From positions 1-52,201 of the forward strand of contig CAMRVD010000003.1 of assembly GCA_947054085.1 (NCBI GenBank): 52,201 nt of DNA. The letters are read 5' to 3'. A model generated the notes under the pieces. That model was not told the origin of the DNA and did no database searches. It saw nothing but the letters and a program-made list of their open reading frames with translations. This document shows, piece by piece, positions 1-10,150 of the stretch. This DNA comes from an uncultured Clostridia bacterium (GTDB lineage Bacteria > Bacillota > Clostridia > Christensenellales > UBA1242). The translations under genes and the position numbers were made by a program. Positions within the stretch are counted from its first letter, which is position 1. Each line of letters opens with the position of its first letter.

Positions 1-66
1 TCCAACCAATTGGTTAAAGTAAAGTATTTATTAAAAATATGTTATATACTTAAATAGTGAGGTAAA

Positions 67-271
67 ATGGAAATATTTTCTGAAAGATTAAAAGCACTTA
101 GATTAGAACATAACTTAACCCTATCGGATTTAGCTAAAGCATTAAATGTAAGTGTTATTGCTGTATCTAGATGGGAAAATAAACAAAGAACTCCTAATAT
201 AGAAACTCTAAAAGATATTGCATTATACTTTAGTGTAAAGTTCTAATTATTTAATTGGAATAGAATCTTAA
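67..271 (+). pseudogene. XRE-family HTH regulator, frameshifted near the 3' end
   Basis: ATG at 67 after GTGAGG; translates MEIFSERLKALRLEHNLTLSDLAKALNVSVIAVSRWENKQRTPNIETL and stops at 246. Removing one A in GTAAAG (235-240) restores the typical tail VSSNYLIGIES* ending at 271. Confidence 0.75.
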
Positions 272-318
272 TAATTTAAATAACAAAGCCAGCAAAAAAT
301 AGATGAAGAACAAGGCAC

Positions 319-374
319 AAAAAAATTCCCAAAGGGAGTTTACTTAATCGTAAATGACCGCATGGGAATTTTTT
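319..374 (+). repeat. Intergenic hairpin element, family A copy 1
   Basis: AAAAAATTCCCA...TGGGAATTTTTT arms around GGA-GTTTAC-TTAATC-GTAAAT-GAC. Confidence 0.8.
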
Positions 375-426
375 ATTTCACAATTATTCGCTATTTTAAA
401 TTATAATAACGTGCAACCAAAACGCC

Positions 427-540
427 AAAAAATAGTACAAGACGAGTGCTTGCAAAAAGCCAGCGATAGGAGCTTGACGATTACGTAAGTGACTAGTGCT
501 GGCTTTTATGCTAGTTTTGCAAAGTATTGTGCTATTTTTT
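427..540 (+). repeat. Intergenic hairpin element, family A copy 2 (long form)
   Basis: AAAAAATAGTACAA/TTGTGCTATTTTTT outer stem, GAGTGC internal loop, AAAAGCCAGC/GCTGGCTTTT inner stem, core GGA-GCTTGAC-GATTAC-GTAAGT-GAC. Confidence 0.8.
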
Positions 541-548
541 TGCAATAA

Positions 549-674
549 AAAAGGCTAAAAATTGATGCAAGGCAAGTGCTCTATGTCTGCCCACGCGCGG
601 ATTTTACTATAACGTAAATGACAAGTGTGGGCAGGCATAAGAAAGCGTAGTATTGTATTAATTTTTAGCCTTTT
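549..674 (+). repeat. Intergenic hairpin element, family A copy 3 (long form), overlapping the acpP 3' end
   Basis: 22-bp outer stem 549-570/653-674, AAGTGC internal loop, TATGTCTGCCCAC/GTGGGCAGGCATA stem, core GGA-TTTTAC-TATAAC-GTAAAT-GAC. Confidence 0.8.
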
Positions 675-888
675 GAATATAAGTAACAATTTGAGCCACA
701 GTCTTAATCTCGGCTATCTTTTCGTCTGGGATAGAAATATTAAATTCGTCTTCTAAACTCATTAAAATTTCTACTAAATCTAACGAATCTGCCCCTAAAT
801 CGGTTGCTACATTGGTTTCTGGTGTAATCCTATTTTCGTCTACACCCAGTTGTTCTGCTAAAATCTTTTTAACTTTTTGTTCTACCAT
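658..888 (-). CDS. acpP: Acyl carrier protein
   Basis: DLGADSLDLVE phosphopantetheine motif; 76 aa; GGAGG RBS. Confidence 0.95.
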   Translation of the reverse strand: MVEQKVKKILAEQLGVDENRITPETNVATDLGADSLDLVEILMSLEDEFNISIPDEKIAEIKTVAQIVTYIQKAKN

Positions 889-960
889 TGGTTTTCCTCC
901 AAACTCTAGTAAAGATATTATAACAAAATAGCGTTACATATTGCAACTATTTTTTAATAG

Positions 961-2178
961 TTATGCCGCAAGAGATGTTACAGTAAAAGTAATTGTTTTT
1001 GTTGTATTACCTCTTAATACTACATACTCTACCGTATCGCCTAATGCTATACTATATTTTATTTCGTCGTAAATAAATTCTGTGTTAAAATTAATAAGTT
1101 TTTGATTATGTTTAACAGACACTAACAAGTCACCGGCCCTAAGACCTGCCCGAGCGGCATCACTACTATCTGATACACTGGTAACAACAACTTTGTTAAA
1201 ATCGTATATTTTACCATCAACAAATTGTTTATTACTACTTTCAACTGCCAAAGTATACCCAGCAGGTGCGTAGGCTAAATTTCTGCCAGAAATTATATTA
1301 TTTGCAATACTTATTGCTGTGTTAATATGTACTGCAAAGGCAACATTGTCTATTCCGTTATTGGTATTTTTAGATTCTACTATGCCAATTAAGTCACCAC
1401 TTTTATTAAATAGCCCACCACCGCTATTACCACTATTTATGGCTGTATCTATCTGAAGAGTACGTATTGTAATATTGCTATTTGTACTAACCATAATGTT
1501 ACTTCGGGAAATATGCCCAGTAGTTACAGCAAACCCAAAACCCTGAGGATTACCCACAGCAATTGCAACATCTCCAGTGCTTATATATGTACTATCTGCA
1601 ATAGTTGCCGCAACCGAAATTGTGGTTTTAAGTTGATCAGATGCTATTTTTACAACAGCTATGTCGTTTGCTGCACTATAGCCCACCACTTCGGCATAAA
1701 TAGGATTATAACTATCGATTAAAGCCACAAAAACCGCATTAGGATAAGAACTTATAACATGATGACAAGTAAGTATATAAGCTTCGCCATTGTGCTTATC
1801 TAAACTTATTATCACGCCCGAACCACGACTTGCAACATTAGTAAACATTTGGTTAAATGTAGGAATGTTATCTTTACTGAAGCTTCCGTTATTATTGCTG
1901 CCCCCTACACCAATACAAACAGCACTAAGCTTTGCTTTGTTTGCTGCAATCTCGCTTACAGAATCACTAGCATTAATGTAATAGTTTGCATAAATGGTAC
2001 TACTTGTTGGTTTTGTAAATAAAACCAACATTATAACCGCCGCCGTAATTACTAAAATTAAACTTACAACAAAAAATCCAGTAGTTCCTTTTTTTGAGCT
2101 ACTCTTAGACGCCACATTATTATAATCTCTGGTTATTGGCGTATTGTCGTATGGTATTTTTCTAGACGAATTACTCAT
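961..2178 (-). CDS. HtrA/DegP-like membrane-anchored trypsin-like serine protease with PDZ domain
   Basis: N-terminal TM; ILTCHHV, DIAVVK, AINSGNSGGGL catalytic motifs; C-terminal AGLRAGD PDZ. Confidence 0.9.
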   Translation of the reverse strand: MSNSSRKIPYDNTPITRDYNNVASKSSSKKGTTGFFVVSLILVITAAVIMLVLFTKPTSSTIYANYYINASDSVSEIAANKAKLSAVCIGVGGSNNNGSFSKDNIPTFNQMFTNVASRGSGVIISLDKHNGEAYILTCHHVISSYPNAVFVALIDSYNPIYAEVVGYSAANDIAVVKIASDQLKTTISVAATIADSTYISTGDVAIAVGNPQGFGFAVTTGHISRSNIMVSTNSNITIRTLQIDTAINSGNSGGGLFNKSGDLIGIVESKNTNNGIDNVAFAVHINTAISIANNIISGRNLAYAPAGYTLAVESSNKQFVDGKIYDFNKVVVTSVSDSSDAARAGLRAGDLLVSVKHNQKLINFNTEFIYDEIKYSIALGDTVEYVVLRGNTTKTITFTVTSLAA

Positions 2179-2202
2179 TAATTACTCCGTTTTTAGATAT
2201 AT

Positions 2203-3594
2203 TTAATACTTTGGATATTTATTTTTAATTAACCTACGTCTTACCATTATAGTATACACTATAATAGCAGCAACAATCAATACAATAGCACTAACTACTA
2301 TTGTAATCCATGGCGAATTACCAGGCTTTGTTATAGTAATCTGATATTCTTTTGTATACTGCTGTTCGACGCCATTTCTACCAACAGTTGCAGTAACAGT
2401 AATTGTGGTTTTACCACGTTTTTTTGCTGTTACTAAAATATTTCCATCTTGCAAAGTTGCATCAGCAATTTTAGTATTAGAACTGCTTACTGTTACATTA
2501 TTTATATAGTTAGCATAACTACCTTTAACTAAAATATACTCACATGTACTACCAACTTGCATGTCCTTTATACCCGAATTTATATAAAATGGTACAAAAT
2601 TATTAACAACCACACTTAGAGGAGTGGTCTGCCATTGCCAAACGCCACTATCTGTATAAAGTGCTACTAAAAATTGATATGTGCCAGAATTTTCAAATTT
2701 ATAACTAAACCCATTATCTAGTAGCCTTTGACTTGTTTTTTTACCTGTTTCTGCCAATGTAATTTCTAAATTAAAATGATAATTATTGGGATTATATGTT
2801 AAATAATCAACTTCGCCAATTACTGCATATTTTAAAATGCTTTTTAAGTTAGAAATGTAATAGCTTTCGCCAGTACAATAACTATCAAGAAATTTGTAGT
2901 CGACTGCATAAACAAAATAATTTTGCTTTGCACCAAAGCTTATGACATCACTTTTAGCATCTGCTAAATAAGGTGCATAGAAATACGGTATACCCACAAC
3001 TTCGCTTTCCATTGCGGAAGCATCATAATTTATTTTTAAACCCGTTACCAAACCCAATTCGCCAGTTACTTCGGCGGCGGAAACTGGTAGTTCTAGTAGC
3101 ATCCAACCATATCTAACATGGCTGGTATCAGAAGTATGATCAATCTCGGTTCTAATTACATCAGAACTTATTTTCCAACTTAAATTAAAACCGTCACCAG
3201 TAAGAGACAAAACTAAATCTCTACTATAAACTTCTGTAAAATACACATACACAAACATTGATAAATTAGGGTTAATAAAAATATTATTAACTCCAAAAGT
3301 TTTATCTATCTTACCGTCTATTTTATTTGGCGAAATACTAGCACCTTCCATCATACGCTCGGCGTCAAAATCGAAAGGTCGAGTATGACGCAAAACTTCG
3401 GTTGTATCGGCATTTTCTACAATATTATATTTGCTTTGGTAATCGTCCTCGGATATAAAGTTTGGAGCAATTAAATACTGTTTAGTTTCCTCGCTAGTAG
3501 CGTAGGCGTAACGCGTGCTAGCAGACGCAAAAAGCCCAGCACCTAGTGGCACTGAAAGTACTAACGATAAAATTACTGCTAAAAACTTTTTCAC
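2203..3594 (-). CDS. Surface protein with signal peptide, C-terminal Ig-like domain and membrane anchor
   Basis: Sec signal peptide; SSSNTKIA..VTAKKRGKTTITVTA Big_2-like motif; C-terminal TM followed by a basic tail. Confidence 0.7.
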   Translation of the reverse strand: MKKFLAVILSLVLSVPLGAGLFASASTRYAYATSEETKQYLIAPNFISEDDYQSKYNIVENADTTEVLRHTRPFDFDAERMMEGASISPNKIDGKIDKTFGVNNIFINPNLSMFVYVYFTEVYSRDLVLSLTGDGFNLSWKISSDVIRTEIDHTSDTSHVRYGWMLLELPVSAAEVTGELGLVTGLKINYDASAMESEVVGIPYFYAPYLADAKSDVISFGAKQNYFVYAVDYKFLDSYCTGESYYISNLKSILKYAVIGEVDYLTYNPNNYHFNLEITLAETGKKTSQRLLDNGFSYKFENSGTYQFLVALYTDSGVWQWQTTPLSVVVNNFVPFYINSGIKDMQVGSTCEYILVKGSYANYINNVTVSSSNTKIADATLQDGNILVTAKKRGKTTITVTATVGRNGVEQQYTKEYQITITKPGNSPWITIVVSAIVLIVAAIIVYTIMVRRRLIKNKYPKY

Positions 3595-3628
3595 CTATAC
3601 TCCTTATTTTTTGCAAAAAACATTGCTT

Positions 3629-4300
3629 TTACTCTGGGATTTTCCAATCTATTGGAGGAATGTTATTTTCCTCCAAAAACTTATTACATTTACTAAAATG
3701 CTTACACCCAAAAAATCCACCATATGCAGATAGCGGGCTTGGGTGCACACTGGTTAGCACCAAATGTTTATTTTTGTCTATAAATTTAGTTTTGCTTATG
3801 GCATTACGCCCCCAAAGCATAAAAACAATTGGACTTTGCTGCGTGTTTACAATCTGTATAATTTTGTCCGTAAAAACTTGCCAACCATAAGCGGCATGGC
3901 TGTTTGGCTTGCCCTCTTCTACTGTAAGTACGGTGTTTAGCATAAGCACACCTTGATTTGCCCAGCTTTGCAGATACCCGTGTTTAGGCTCTATTATACC
4001 TAAGTCGTCCTCTATTTCTTTATAGATATTTTTAAGCGACGGAGGAATTGCCACACCTTTATTTACAGAAAAACAAAGCCCATGTGCTTGACCTTTACCG
4101 TGATAAGGGTCTTGTCCGAGCATTACCACCTTTATTTGCCCAAACGATGTAGTTTTTAACGCGTTAAATATTTTACCTCTAGGCGGATAAATATTTTTTG
4201 TGTTATACTCTTTGTCTAGCTTTGCTATCATTTCCAAAAAGTATGGCTTTTGCATTTCGGCTTCTAACTTTTCGTCCCACGAATTTTTAAAAAACTCCAT
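3629..4300 (-). CDS. ung: Uracil-DNA glycosylase, family 1
   Basis: GQDPYH and HPSPLS motifs. Confidence 0.97.
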   Translation of the reverse strand: MEFFKNSWDEKLEAEMQKPYFLEMIAKLDKEYNTKNIYPPRGKIFNALKTTSFGQIKVVMLGQDPYHGKGQAHGLCFSVNKGVAIPPSLKNIYKEIEDDLGIIEPKHGYLQSWANQGVLMLNTVLTVEEGKPNSHAAYGWQVFTDKIIQIVNTQQSPIVFMLWGRNAISKTKFIDKNKHLVLTSVHPSPLSAYGGFFGCKHFSKCNKFLEENNIPPIDWKIPE

Positions 4301-4464
4301 AATTCACCTATACCAAGTGTAACATAAACTGTCAAAATTCTACAAATAAAATTTATAATTTAATAAAAATCCACCCAATTCAAAGGTGGAAAACTCGATT
4401 ATTTGTATTTTAGTGGTTTAAGCTTTTAATTTATTTTATTGTTAAGTCTTAACAAAGATTGTTT

Positions 4465-5154
4465 TTACTTCCTATAACTTTTTAATTCTTCTTTTAAGTT
4501 AGCATCTATCCGATAACTGTCGCGACACTTGCTAATGGCTTTATTTTGTACAAATTTGCTTAGTGTTTGGCTTTTAATAAGCTTTAATGTTTGGTCTTTA
4601 AACTTTATTATACTAACGCTTATTAGCCAACTTGCCGCCATGTCTACATAGTAAGCGTGGTTTTTAATTATAGGCAGCAACTCTAAAACTTGGTCTATAC
4701 ATTCGGGTTTTAGATAGTAGCACATAAGCATAATCAGCCCCACGCGTGCCGTAAACTCGCTACTACTTGTTGCCATATTTAAAAAATCTTGAAAATATCT
4801 GTTGTCTTTATCCTTTTTAAAGACCTTTAAACTACTACAAGTTTGGTCACAAGTTGCCCAGTTGTCTATTCTGGCTATAAAACTTATTAGCATATTGTAG
4901 GCTAAATCTATATCTTTAACATGCCCCATAATAAACCCAGCAAGCAAAGTTTCTTCAAAATAATTATCTTTAAGTATGCTAAAATTGCCTTGCAAATCAT
5001 CATTTGCAAGAGTTTTAGCAAAATCTCTAAGCTCCCCTGTTCTTACACCCAAAATTTTTTGGTTTGTGTTTATTATTTTTTGCTGCCTGTCGCTCGCTAG
5101 TAACTTTTGATCTGCCAAACTTCTTAAATTATGTATAATTTGTTTATATTCCAT
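4465..5154 (-). CDS. DNA alkylation repair protein (AlkD-like)
   Basis: IDNWATCD and YYVDMAASW motifs; likely start MEYKQ at 5154. Confidence 0.85.
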   Translation of the reverse strand: MEYKQIIHNLRSLADQKLLASDRQQKIINTNQKILGVRTGELRDFAKTLANDDLQGNFSILKDNYFEETLLAGFIMGHVKDIDLAYNMLISFIARIDNWATCDQTCSSLKVFKKDKDNRYFQDFLNMATSSSEFTARVGLIMLMCYYLKPECIDQVLELLPIIKNHAYYVDMAASWLISVSIIKFKDQTLKLIKSQTLSKFVQNKAISKCRDSYRIDANLKEELKSYRK

Positions 5155-5214
5155 AAAATAATTATATCGCAACTTAAAGTAAATAACCAAATAAAAAAGC
5201 AATCTATGCAAACA

Positions 5215-5246
5215 AAAAACCACAACCTATGGTTGTAGTTTTTTTA
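5215..5246 (-). terminator. Intrinsic terminator of the alpha operon
   Basis: Minus strand ACTACAACC-ATA-GGTTGTGGT followed by a U tract, downstream of rplQ. Confidence 0.8.
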
Positions 5247-5272
5247 TAATTTATTTAATTCATTCCAATTAA

Positions 5273-5764
5273 TTAAACAAGTTCAACAATTGCAAGTTGT
5301 GCAGCATCACCACGGCGAACTGTTGTTTTAATAACTCGGGTATATCCACCATTGCGTTCTGCATATTTTGGTGCATAATCATCAAACAACTTTTCTATTA
5401 GCGGATGTTTTAATCCATTAGTTCGGGCAGCAAAGGCATCTTTCTTTTCGCCTTTTGCACGAACTTCTTGCCTGTCCTCTAGTATTGCTAGAAGTTTTCT
5501 TCTGGCATTAAGTTTTTTAGTACCGTCTTTGCTAACTTTTACTGATTTTTCCTTACCTTTTGCATCTTTTGTAACTTTTTCTTCAGTTACAACATCAGCG
5601 TAGCCGCTTTTAGCAATGGTAATGCACTTTTCTGCATATTTTGCAGCTTCTTTAGCACGGTCTAAAGTTGTTTCTATTTTGCCATACCAAAGAAGGTCAC
5701 TAGCAAGGTTACTAATTAAAGCTAATCTTTGATCAGTTGGTTTTCCTATCTTTTTATTGCTCAT
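5273..5764 (-). CDS. rplQ: 50S ribosomal protein L17 (with internal insertions)
   Basis: IETTLDRAKE, RNGGYTRVIK, RRGDAA; follows rpoA. Confidence 0.96.
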   Translation of the reverse strand: MSNKKIGKPTDQRLALISNLASDLLWYGKIETTLDRAKEAAKYAEKCITIAKSGYADVVTEEKVTKDAKGKEKSVKVSKDGTKKLNARRKLLAILEDRQEVRAKGEKKDAFAARTNGLKHPLIEKLFDDYAPKYAERNGGYTRVIKTTVRRGDAAQLAIVELV

Positions 5765-5775
5765 TACCTTTCTCC

Positions 5776-6729
5776 TTATTCTTCTTTACTCTTAAGCCCA
5801 AGACCAAGGCTCTCTAGTTTATGAATAACTTCGTCTAGCGATTTGCGGCCAAGATTTTTAACTTTTAGCATATCGTCTTCGGTCTTTTTAATTAAATCTT
5901 CTACAGTATTAATACCTGCACGTTTTAAGCAGTTGTATGATCGAACAGATAAATCCATATCCTCTATGCTCATAACCATAAGTTTATGAACTTTATCTTC
6001 TTCGCGGCTAACAAGTAGACTTGTGTTTGCCATAGATTCTACAAGTTCAACAAACAAGTTTATATGGTCTACAAGTAATTTACTAGCAAGGCTGATAATT
6101 TCTTTAGCACTAGTTGTACCATTGGTAGTAACTTCTAAAACAAGCTTGTCGTAGTCTGTATTCTGACCAACACGGGTGTTTTCTACTTCGTAGCAAGCTT
6201 TGCGTACTGGCGAGAACATGCTGTCTATAGCAATAAAGCCAATAGGCAAACTCATGTCCTTATTTTTTTCTGCTGGCTCGTAGCCACGACCACGACCAAC
6301 AACAATTTCCATATCTAATTTAGCATCTGCTTCTAGAGTGCAGATATACAAATCAGGGTTAAGTACACTAACTTCGTCATCTGCAGTTATCATGCTAGCA
6401 GTAACAACACATGGACCTTCTGCCTTTAAGTGCAAGGTCTTTTTAAAGTTAGGATCTACAGAAGCGGTTTTTACAGCAAGAGTTTTCATGTTTAAAACAA
6501 TTTCTGTAACATCTTCTTTAGCACCTTTTAGTGTAGAAAATTCATGTTCTACACCTGCTATTCTAATATTAGTAACAGCAGCACCTGGAAGGCTAGAAAG
6601 TAAGCATCTACGAAGTGCATTACCAATAGTTACACCAAAACCACGCTCTAGTGGTTCTAGCACAAACTTAGCATAAGCTCCGCCGTTGTCTTCGATGCAT
6701 TCGATTCTTGGTTTTTCTATTTGCAACAT
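5776..6729 (-). CDS. rpoA: RNA polymerase alpha subunit
   Basis: EPLERGFGVTIGNALRR; LSVRSYNCLKRAGI alpha-CTD. Confidence 0.99.
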   Translation of the reverse strand: MLQIEKPRIECIEDNGGAYAKFVLEPLERGFGVTIGNALRRCLLSSLPGAAVTNIRIAGVEHEFSTLKGAKEDVTEIVLNMKTLAVKTASVDPNFKKTLHLKAEGPCVVTASMITADDEVSVLNPDLYICTLEADAKLDMEIVVGRGRGYEPAEKNKDMSLPIGFIAIDSMFSPVRKACYEVENTRVGQNTDYDKLVLEVTTNGTTSAKEIISLASKLLVDHINLFVELVESMANTSLLVSREEDKVHKLMVMSIEDMDLSVRSYNCLKRAGINTVEDLIKKTEDDMLKVKNLGRKSLDEVIHKLESLGLGLKSKEE

Positions 6730-6749
6730 ATATTTGTTCTCCTATAGGA

Positions 6750-7373
6750 CTATTTAGAGTAAAGCTCGATAATTAAGTGTTCTGAAATTGTTAGGTCTAT
6801 ATCATCTCGATTAGGAAGTGCATTAACTTTACCAGTTAATTTTTCGCTATCAAACTCTAACCATTTTGGAACAATAACACGCGAATTTTTAACGCCATCA
6901 AATATAACTTTTTTGGTTTTATTTTCTTTAACAGCTATTACGTCACCTACTTTTACACTAAAAGAAGGTATATTAACGGTTCTACCATTTACTGTAATGT
7001 GTCCATGGTTGACAATTTGTCTAGCCTGACCACGGCTAACACCTAGTCCTAAGCGATAAACAACATTGTCTAGCCTACGTTCTAACAAACTTAGCATGTT
7101 TTCACCAGTTTTACCACGCATACGCTCTGCTTCTTCGTAGTATTTGTGGAATTGTTTTTCGGTTAGTGGGCCATAAGCTCTTTTAACTTTTTGTTTTTCA
7201 CGCAATTGAGTTAAATATTCTGTAGGTTTTTTACGAGTATTTGGGTGCATCCCAGGATTAACTGGACGACGCTCAAAGGCACATTTTTTAGTAAGACATC
7301 TTTCGCCCTTTAAAAATAGTTTAGCACCTTCTCTTCTACATAATCTGCAATCTGCATCAGTATATTTTGCCAT
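6750..7373 (-). CDS. rpsD: 30S ribosomal protein S4
   Basis: CRLCRREG zinc motif, [13 protein letters not shown]. Confidence 0.99.
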   Translation of the reverse strand: MAKYTDADCRLCRREGAKLFLKGERCLTKKCAFERRPVNPGMHPNTRKKPTEYLTQLREKQKVKRAYGPLTEKQFHKYYEEAERMRGKTGENMLSLLERRLDNVVYRLGLGVSRGQARQIVNHGHITVNGRTVNIPSFSVKVGDVIAVKENKTKKVIFDGVKNSRVIVPKWLEFDSEKLTGKVNALPNRDDIDLTISEHLIIELYSK

Positions 7374-7388
7374 TAATCTTCTCCTTAC

Positions 7389-7793
7389 CTAAATTCTTCT
7401 TGCCTTTGGTGGACGGCAGCCATTGTGTGGGATTGGTGATACATCACGAATTAGTGTAACTTCTAGTCCTTCGTTAGCAAGACTTCTTATAGCAGATTCT
7501 CTGCCATTACCTGGGCCTTTAACATAAACTTCTACACTTTTTAGTCCGTATTCTTTAGCAGCTTTAGCAGCTTTTTCTGCAGCTAGACCTGCAGCAAAAG
7601 GAGTACTTTTACGGTTACCGCGGTATCCAAGAGCACCAGCAGAACATGCAGCTAATGCATTACCTTGAACATCGGTAATGGTAACGATAGTATTGTTAAA
7701 AGATGATTGAACGTGTACAACACCTTTTTCGATATTGGTTGTAATTTTACGCTTTTTAGTTGTTTTTTTAGCGCCTGATTGTTGTTTTGCCAT
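7389..7793 (-). CDS. rpsK: 30S ribosomal protein S11
   Basis: [22 protein letters not shown]. Confidence 0.99.
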   Translation of the reverse strand: MAKQQSGAKKTTKKRKITTNIEKGVVHVQSSFNNTIVTITDVQGNALAACSAGALGYRGNRKSTPFAAGLAAEKAAKAAKEYGLKSVEVYVKGPGNGRESAIRSLANEGLEVTLIRDVSPIPHNGCRPPKARRI

Positions 7794-7810
7794 TTATCTA
7801 CCCTTCCCCC

Positions 7811-8176
7811 TTATTTCTTCTTAACCGAGCTATTTCTTGGACCTTTACGGGTTCTTGCATTGCTCTTTGTACTTTGTCCCCTTACAGGAAGACCTTTTCT
7901 GTGTCTGATTCCGCGATAGCTACCAATTTCTTGTAGAGCTTTAATGTTCATACCTACTTCTCTTTTTAGGTCGCCTTCTACAACTAAGTGTTTATCAATG
8001 TATTCACGGATTTTACCGGTTTCTGCCTCGGTTAAGTCTTTAACTCGAGTGTCTGGATTAATGCCGGTAGCATTTAAAATTTTGTTAGCAGTAACTCTGC
8101 CAACGCCGTAGATATAGGTAAGACCTATTTCTACTCTTTTTTCGTTTGGTAAGTCTACACCACCAATTCTTGCCAT
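7811..8176 (-). CDS. rpsM: 30S ribosomal protein S13
   Basis: [25 protein letters not shown]. Confidence 0.99.
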   Translation of the reverse strand: MARIGGVDLPNEKRVEIGLTYIYGVGRVTANKILNATGINPDTRVKDLTEAETGKIREYIDKHLVVEGDLKREVGMNIKALQEIGSYRGIRHRKGLPVRGQSTKSNARTRKGPRNSSVKKK

Positions 8177-8184
8177 TGTTTTCC

Positions 8185-8365
8185 TCCAATAAAAATTGAT
8201 TTGTTTTTTGTTTAATTAACATTTGGAATGATAATGTTAATTGTTTTGCCCTTTTATTTAAGGGATTTTTGCCAGTATAAGCAAATTGGCTTTTGCCATT
8301 TATATTAACGTCTTGGGTAGAAAGACAATCTTTCTAAGCCGCCCCTCGAACATAATTTTCAAATT
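8185..8365 (-). promoter_or_regulatory. Putative structured r-protein leader upstream of rpsM
   Basis: About 190-nt spacer with a GC-rich segment GAGGGGCGGC and hairpin TAGAAAGA-TTG-TCTTTCTA, in an otherwise compact operon; position fits alpha-operon autoregulation. Confidence 0.45.
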
Positions 8366-8369
8366 AATA

Positions 8370-8486
8370 TTAACCCTGAACTTGTTTGTGTTTAGGGAAC
8401 TTACTGCAAATAACTCTTAGTTTGCCGTTTCTTTTTATAACCTTGCAATTTTCGCAAATAGGTTTTACACTTGGTCTAACTTTCAT
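8370..8486 (-). CDS. rpmJ: 50S ribosomal protein L36 (not in ORF track)
   Basis: Manual translation [38 protein letters not shown]. Confidence 0.98.
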   Translation of the reverse strand: MKVRPSVKPICENCKVIKRNGKLRVICSKFPKHKQVQG

Positions 8487-8514
8487 TATTGTATCTCCTT
8501 ATCCTAATAATTTT

Positions 8515-8733
8515 TTATTTGCTTCGCCAAATAATTCTGCCACGAGTTAAATCGTATGGGCTCATTTCAAGTTTAACAGTGTCGCCTTCGTACACATGTA
8601 TAAAGTTTTTCCATAATTTACCCGAAAGGTACGCAGTTACAATATGCCCGCCTGCAATTTTTACTTTAAAAGTTGCTCCCGGCATAGCTTCTACTACAAC
8701 GCCCTCGGTTTCGATAACATCGTCTTTACTCAA
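8515..8733 (-). CDS. infA: Translation initiation factor IF-1
   Basis: MSKDDVIETEG, MSPYDLTRGRI. Confidence 0.97.
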   Translation of the reverse strand: MSKDDVIETEGVVVEAMPGATFKVKIAGGHIVTAYLSGKLWKNFIHVYEGDTVKLEMSPYDLTRGRIIWRSK

Positions 8734-9487
8734 AATTACCCTCCATTTTTTGGGTTAAAATCTCCACTCCAGTTTCGGTTATAACCACAGTATTCTCGTA
8801 GTGGGCACTTGGTTTGCCGTCCTTTGTCCGTGCATCCCAGCCCTTTAGCGATAAGTCCCATGTACCAGCGTTTACCATTGGCTCTATAGCTATGGTCATG
8901 CCAGCTTTAAGTTTTATGCCTGTTCCAGCTAATCCGTACATTGGCACATAAGGGTCTTCGTGCATATGCCTGCCAATTCCATGCCCGCCCATACATCTAA
9001 CAACATTAAATCCATGTTTTTCGGCATGCTTTTGAACAGCTGCACCGATATCACCAAGCCTGCTGCCTTCTTTAAGGTTTGTTATAGCCTCGTAAAAGCA
9101 CTCTTTAGTGACATCTATAAGTTTTTGTTTTTCTTCGCTGATTTTACCTACAGCAAAAGTTCTTGCGGCATCGCCTTGGTAGCCTTTATAAATAGCCCCG
9201 CAGTCTATGCCAATAATGTCGCCTTCCTTTAAAATAATGTCGTCCGACGGTATGCCATGCACAACAACATCGTTTACGCTAGCACAAATACTAGCCGGAA
9301 AGCCCTCGTAATGTAAAAAAGATGGTTTTGCACCACGACTTATTATGTAGTCGTGGGCAATTTTATCTAACTGTTTGGTAGATACACCTGGCTTAACAAA
9401 TTCCCCCACTAGTTCTATTGCTCTAATGGTTATGTCGCCAGCCACCTTCATTTTTTCTATTTCTTTTTGGGTTTTAATAGTTACCAT
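8726..9487 (-). CDS. map: Methionine aminopeptidase type I
   Basis: SVNDVVVHGIP, GHGIG, IEPMVN, SAHYENT. Confidence 0.98.
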   Translation of the reverse strand: MVTIKTQKEIEKMKVAGDITIRAIELVGEFVKPGVSTKQLDKIAHDYIISRGAKPSFLHYEGFPASICASVNDVVVHGIPSDDIILKEGDIIGIDCGAIYKGYQGDAARTFAVGKISEEKQKLIDVTKECFYEAITNLKEGSRLGDIGAAVQKHAEKHGFNVVRCMGGHGIGRHMHEDPYVPMYGLAGTGIKLKAGMTIAIEPMVNAGTWDLSLKGWDARTKDGKPSAHYENTVVITETGVEILTQKMEGNFE

Positions 9488-10134
9488 TAATATTCGCCTA
9501 AGCCTTTTAGATAATTATTTAAACCTTCGGTTATCTGATTTAATGCGTACTCTTTATTAATATTAGCATTAATTTCTATAACTAACCCCTTACTTCTGTA
9601 GTAATCTACAATAGGTAAAGTTTTTTCCTTAAAAGTTTGTAGTCTTTTAAGTATAGATTCCTCGGTATCGTCGTCTCTTACAACATACTTTGTACCACAA
9701 ACAGAACAATACTCGGGATCACCCGGATAGTTAATGTTATGAATATGGCTGCAATTAGGACATGTTCTTCTGCCCCCAATACGCTCTATAGCCGTTTTAG
9801 TTTCTATATTTAAATAAATAACTTTATCTATTTGCGTAATGCCTTCTAATAGTTTAGCTTGCTCCATAGTACGAGGAAAGCCGTCTAGAATAAATCCATT
9901 TTGGCAGTCGCTTTTAGATAGCCTATCTTTTAAAACCTCTACAGTAGTCTCGTCTGGAACTAAAGCTCCGGCATCAATAATAGTCTTAACTTTTTTGCCA
10001 AGCTCGCTGCCAGTAGCAATAATTCCCCTAAACAAATCTCCTGTAGAAATTGCAGGTATGTTATAAATTTTTGTAAGCTCTTCACATTGAGTACCTTTAC
10101 CAGAACCCTGAGCTCCCATTATTAATAGTTTCAT
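9487..10134 (-). CDS. adk: Adenylate kinase
   Basis: GAQGSGKGTQ P-loop, GFILDGFPRT, zinc LID CxxC..CxxC; start is 10134 or 10140. Confidence 0.97.
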   Translation of the reverse strand: MKLLIMGAQGSGKGTQCEELTKIYNIPAISTGDLFRGIIATGSELGKKVKTIIDAGALVPDETTVEVLKDRLSKSDCQNGFILDGFPRTMEQAKLLEGITQIDKVIYLNIETKTAIERIGGRRTCPNCSHIHNINYPGDPEYCSVCGTKYVVRDDDTEESILKRLQTFKEKTLPIVDYYRSKGLVIEINANINKEYALNQITEGLNNYLKGLGEY

Positions 10135-10150
10135 ACACATTATCCTTTTA

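Noticed and set aside
319-674. Three tandem motif copies as a CRISPR array
   Set aside because: The repeats are not identical, the intervening sequence is self-complementary arms rather than unique spacers, and no cas genes are present.
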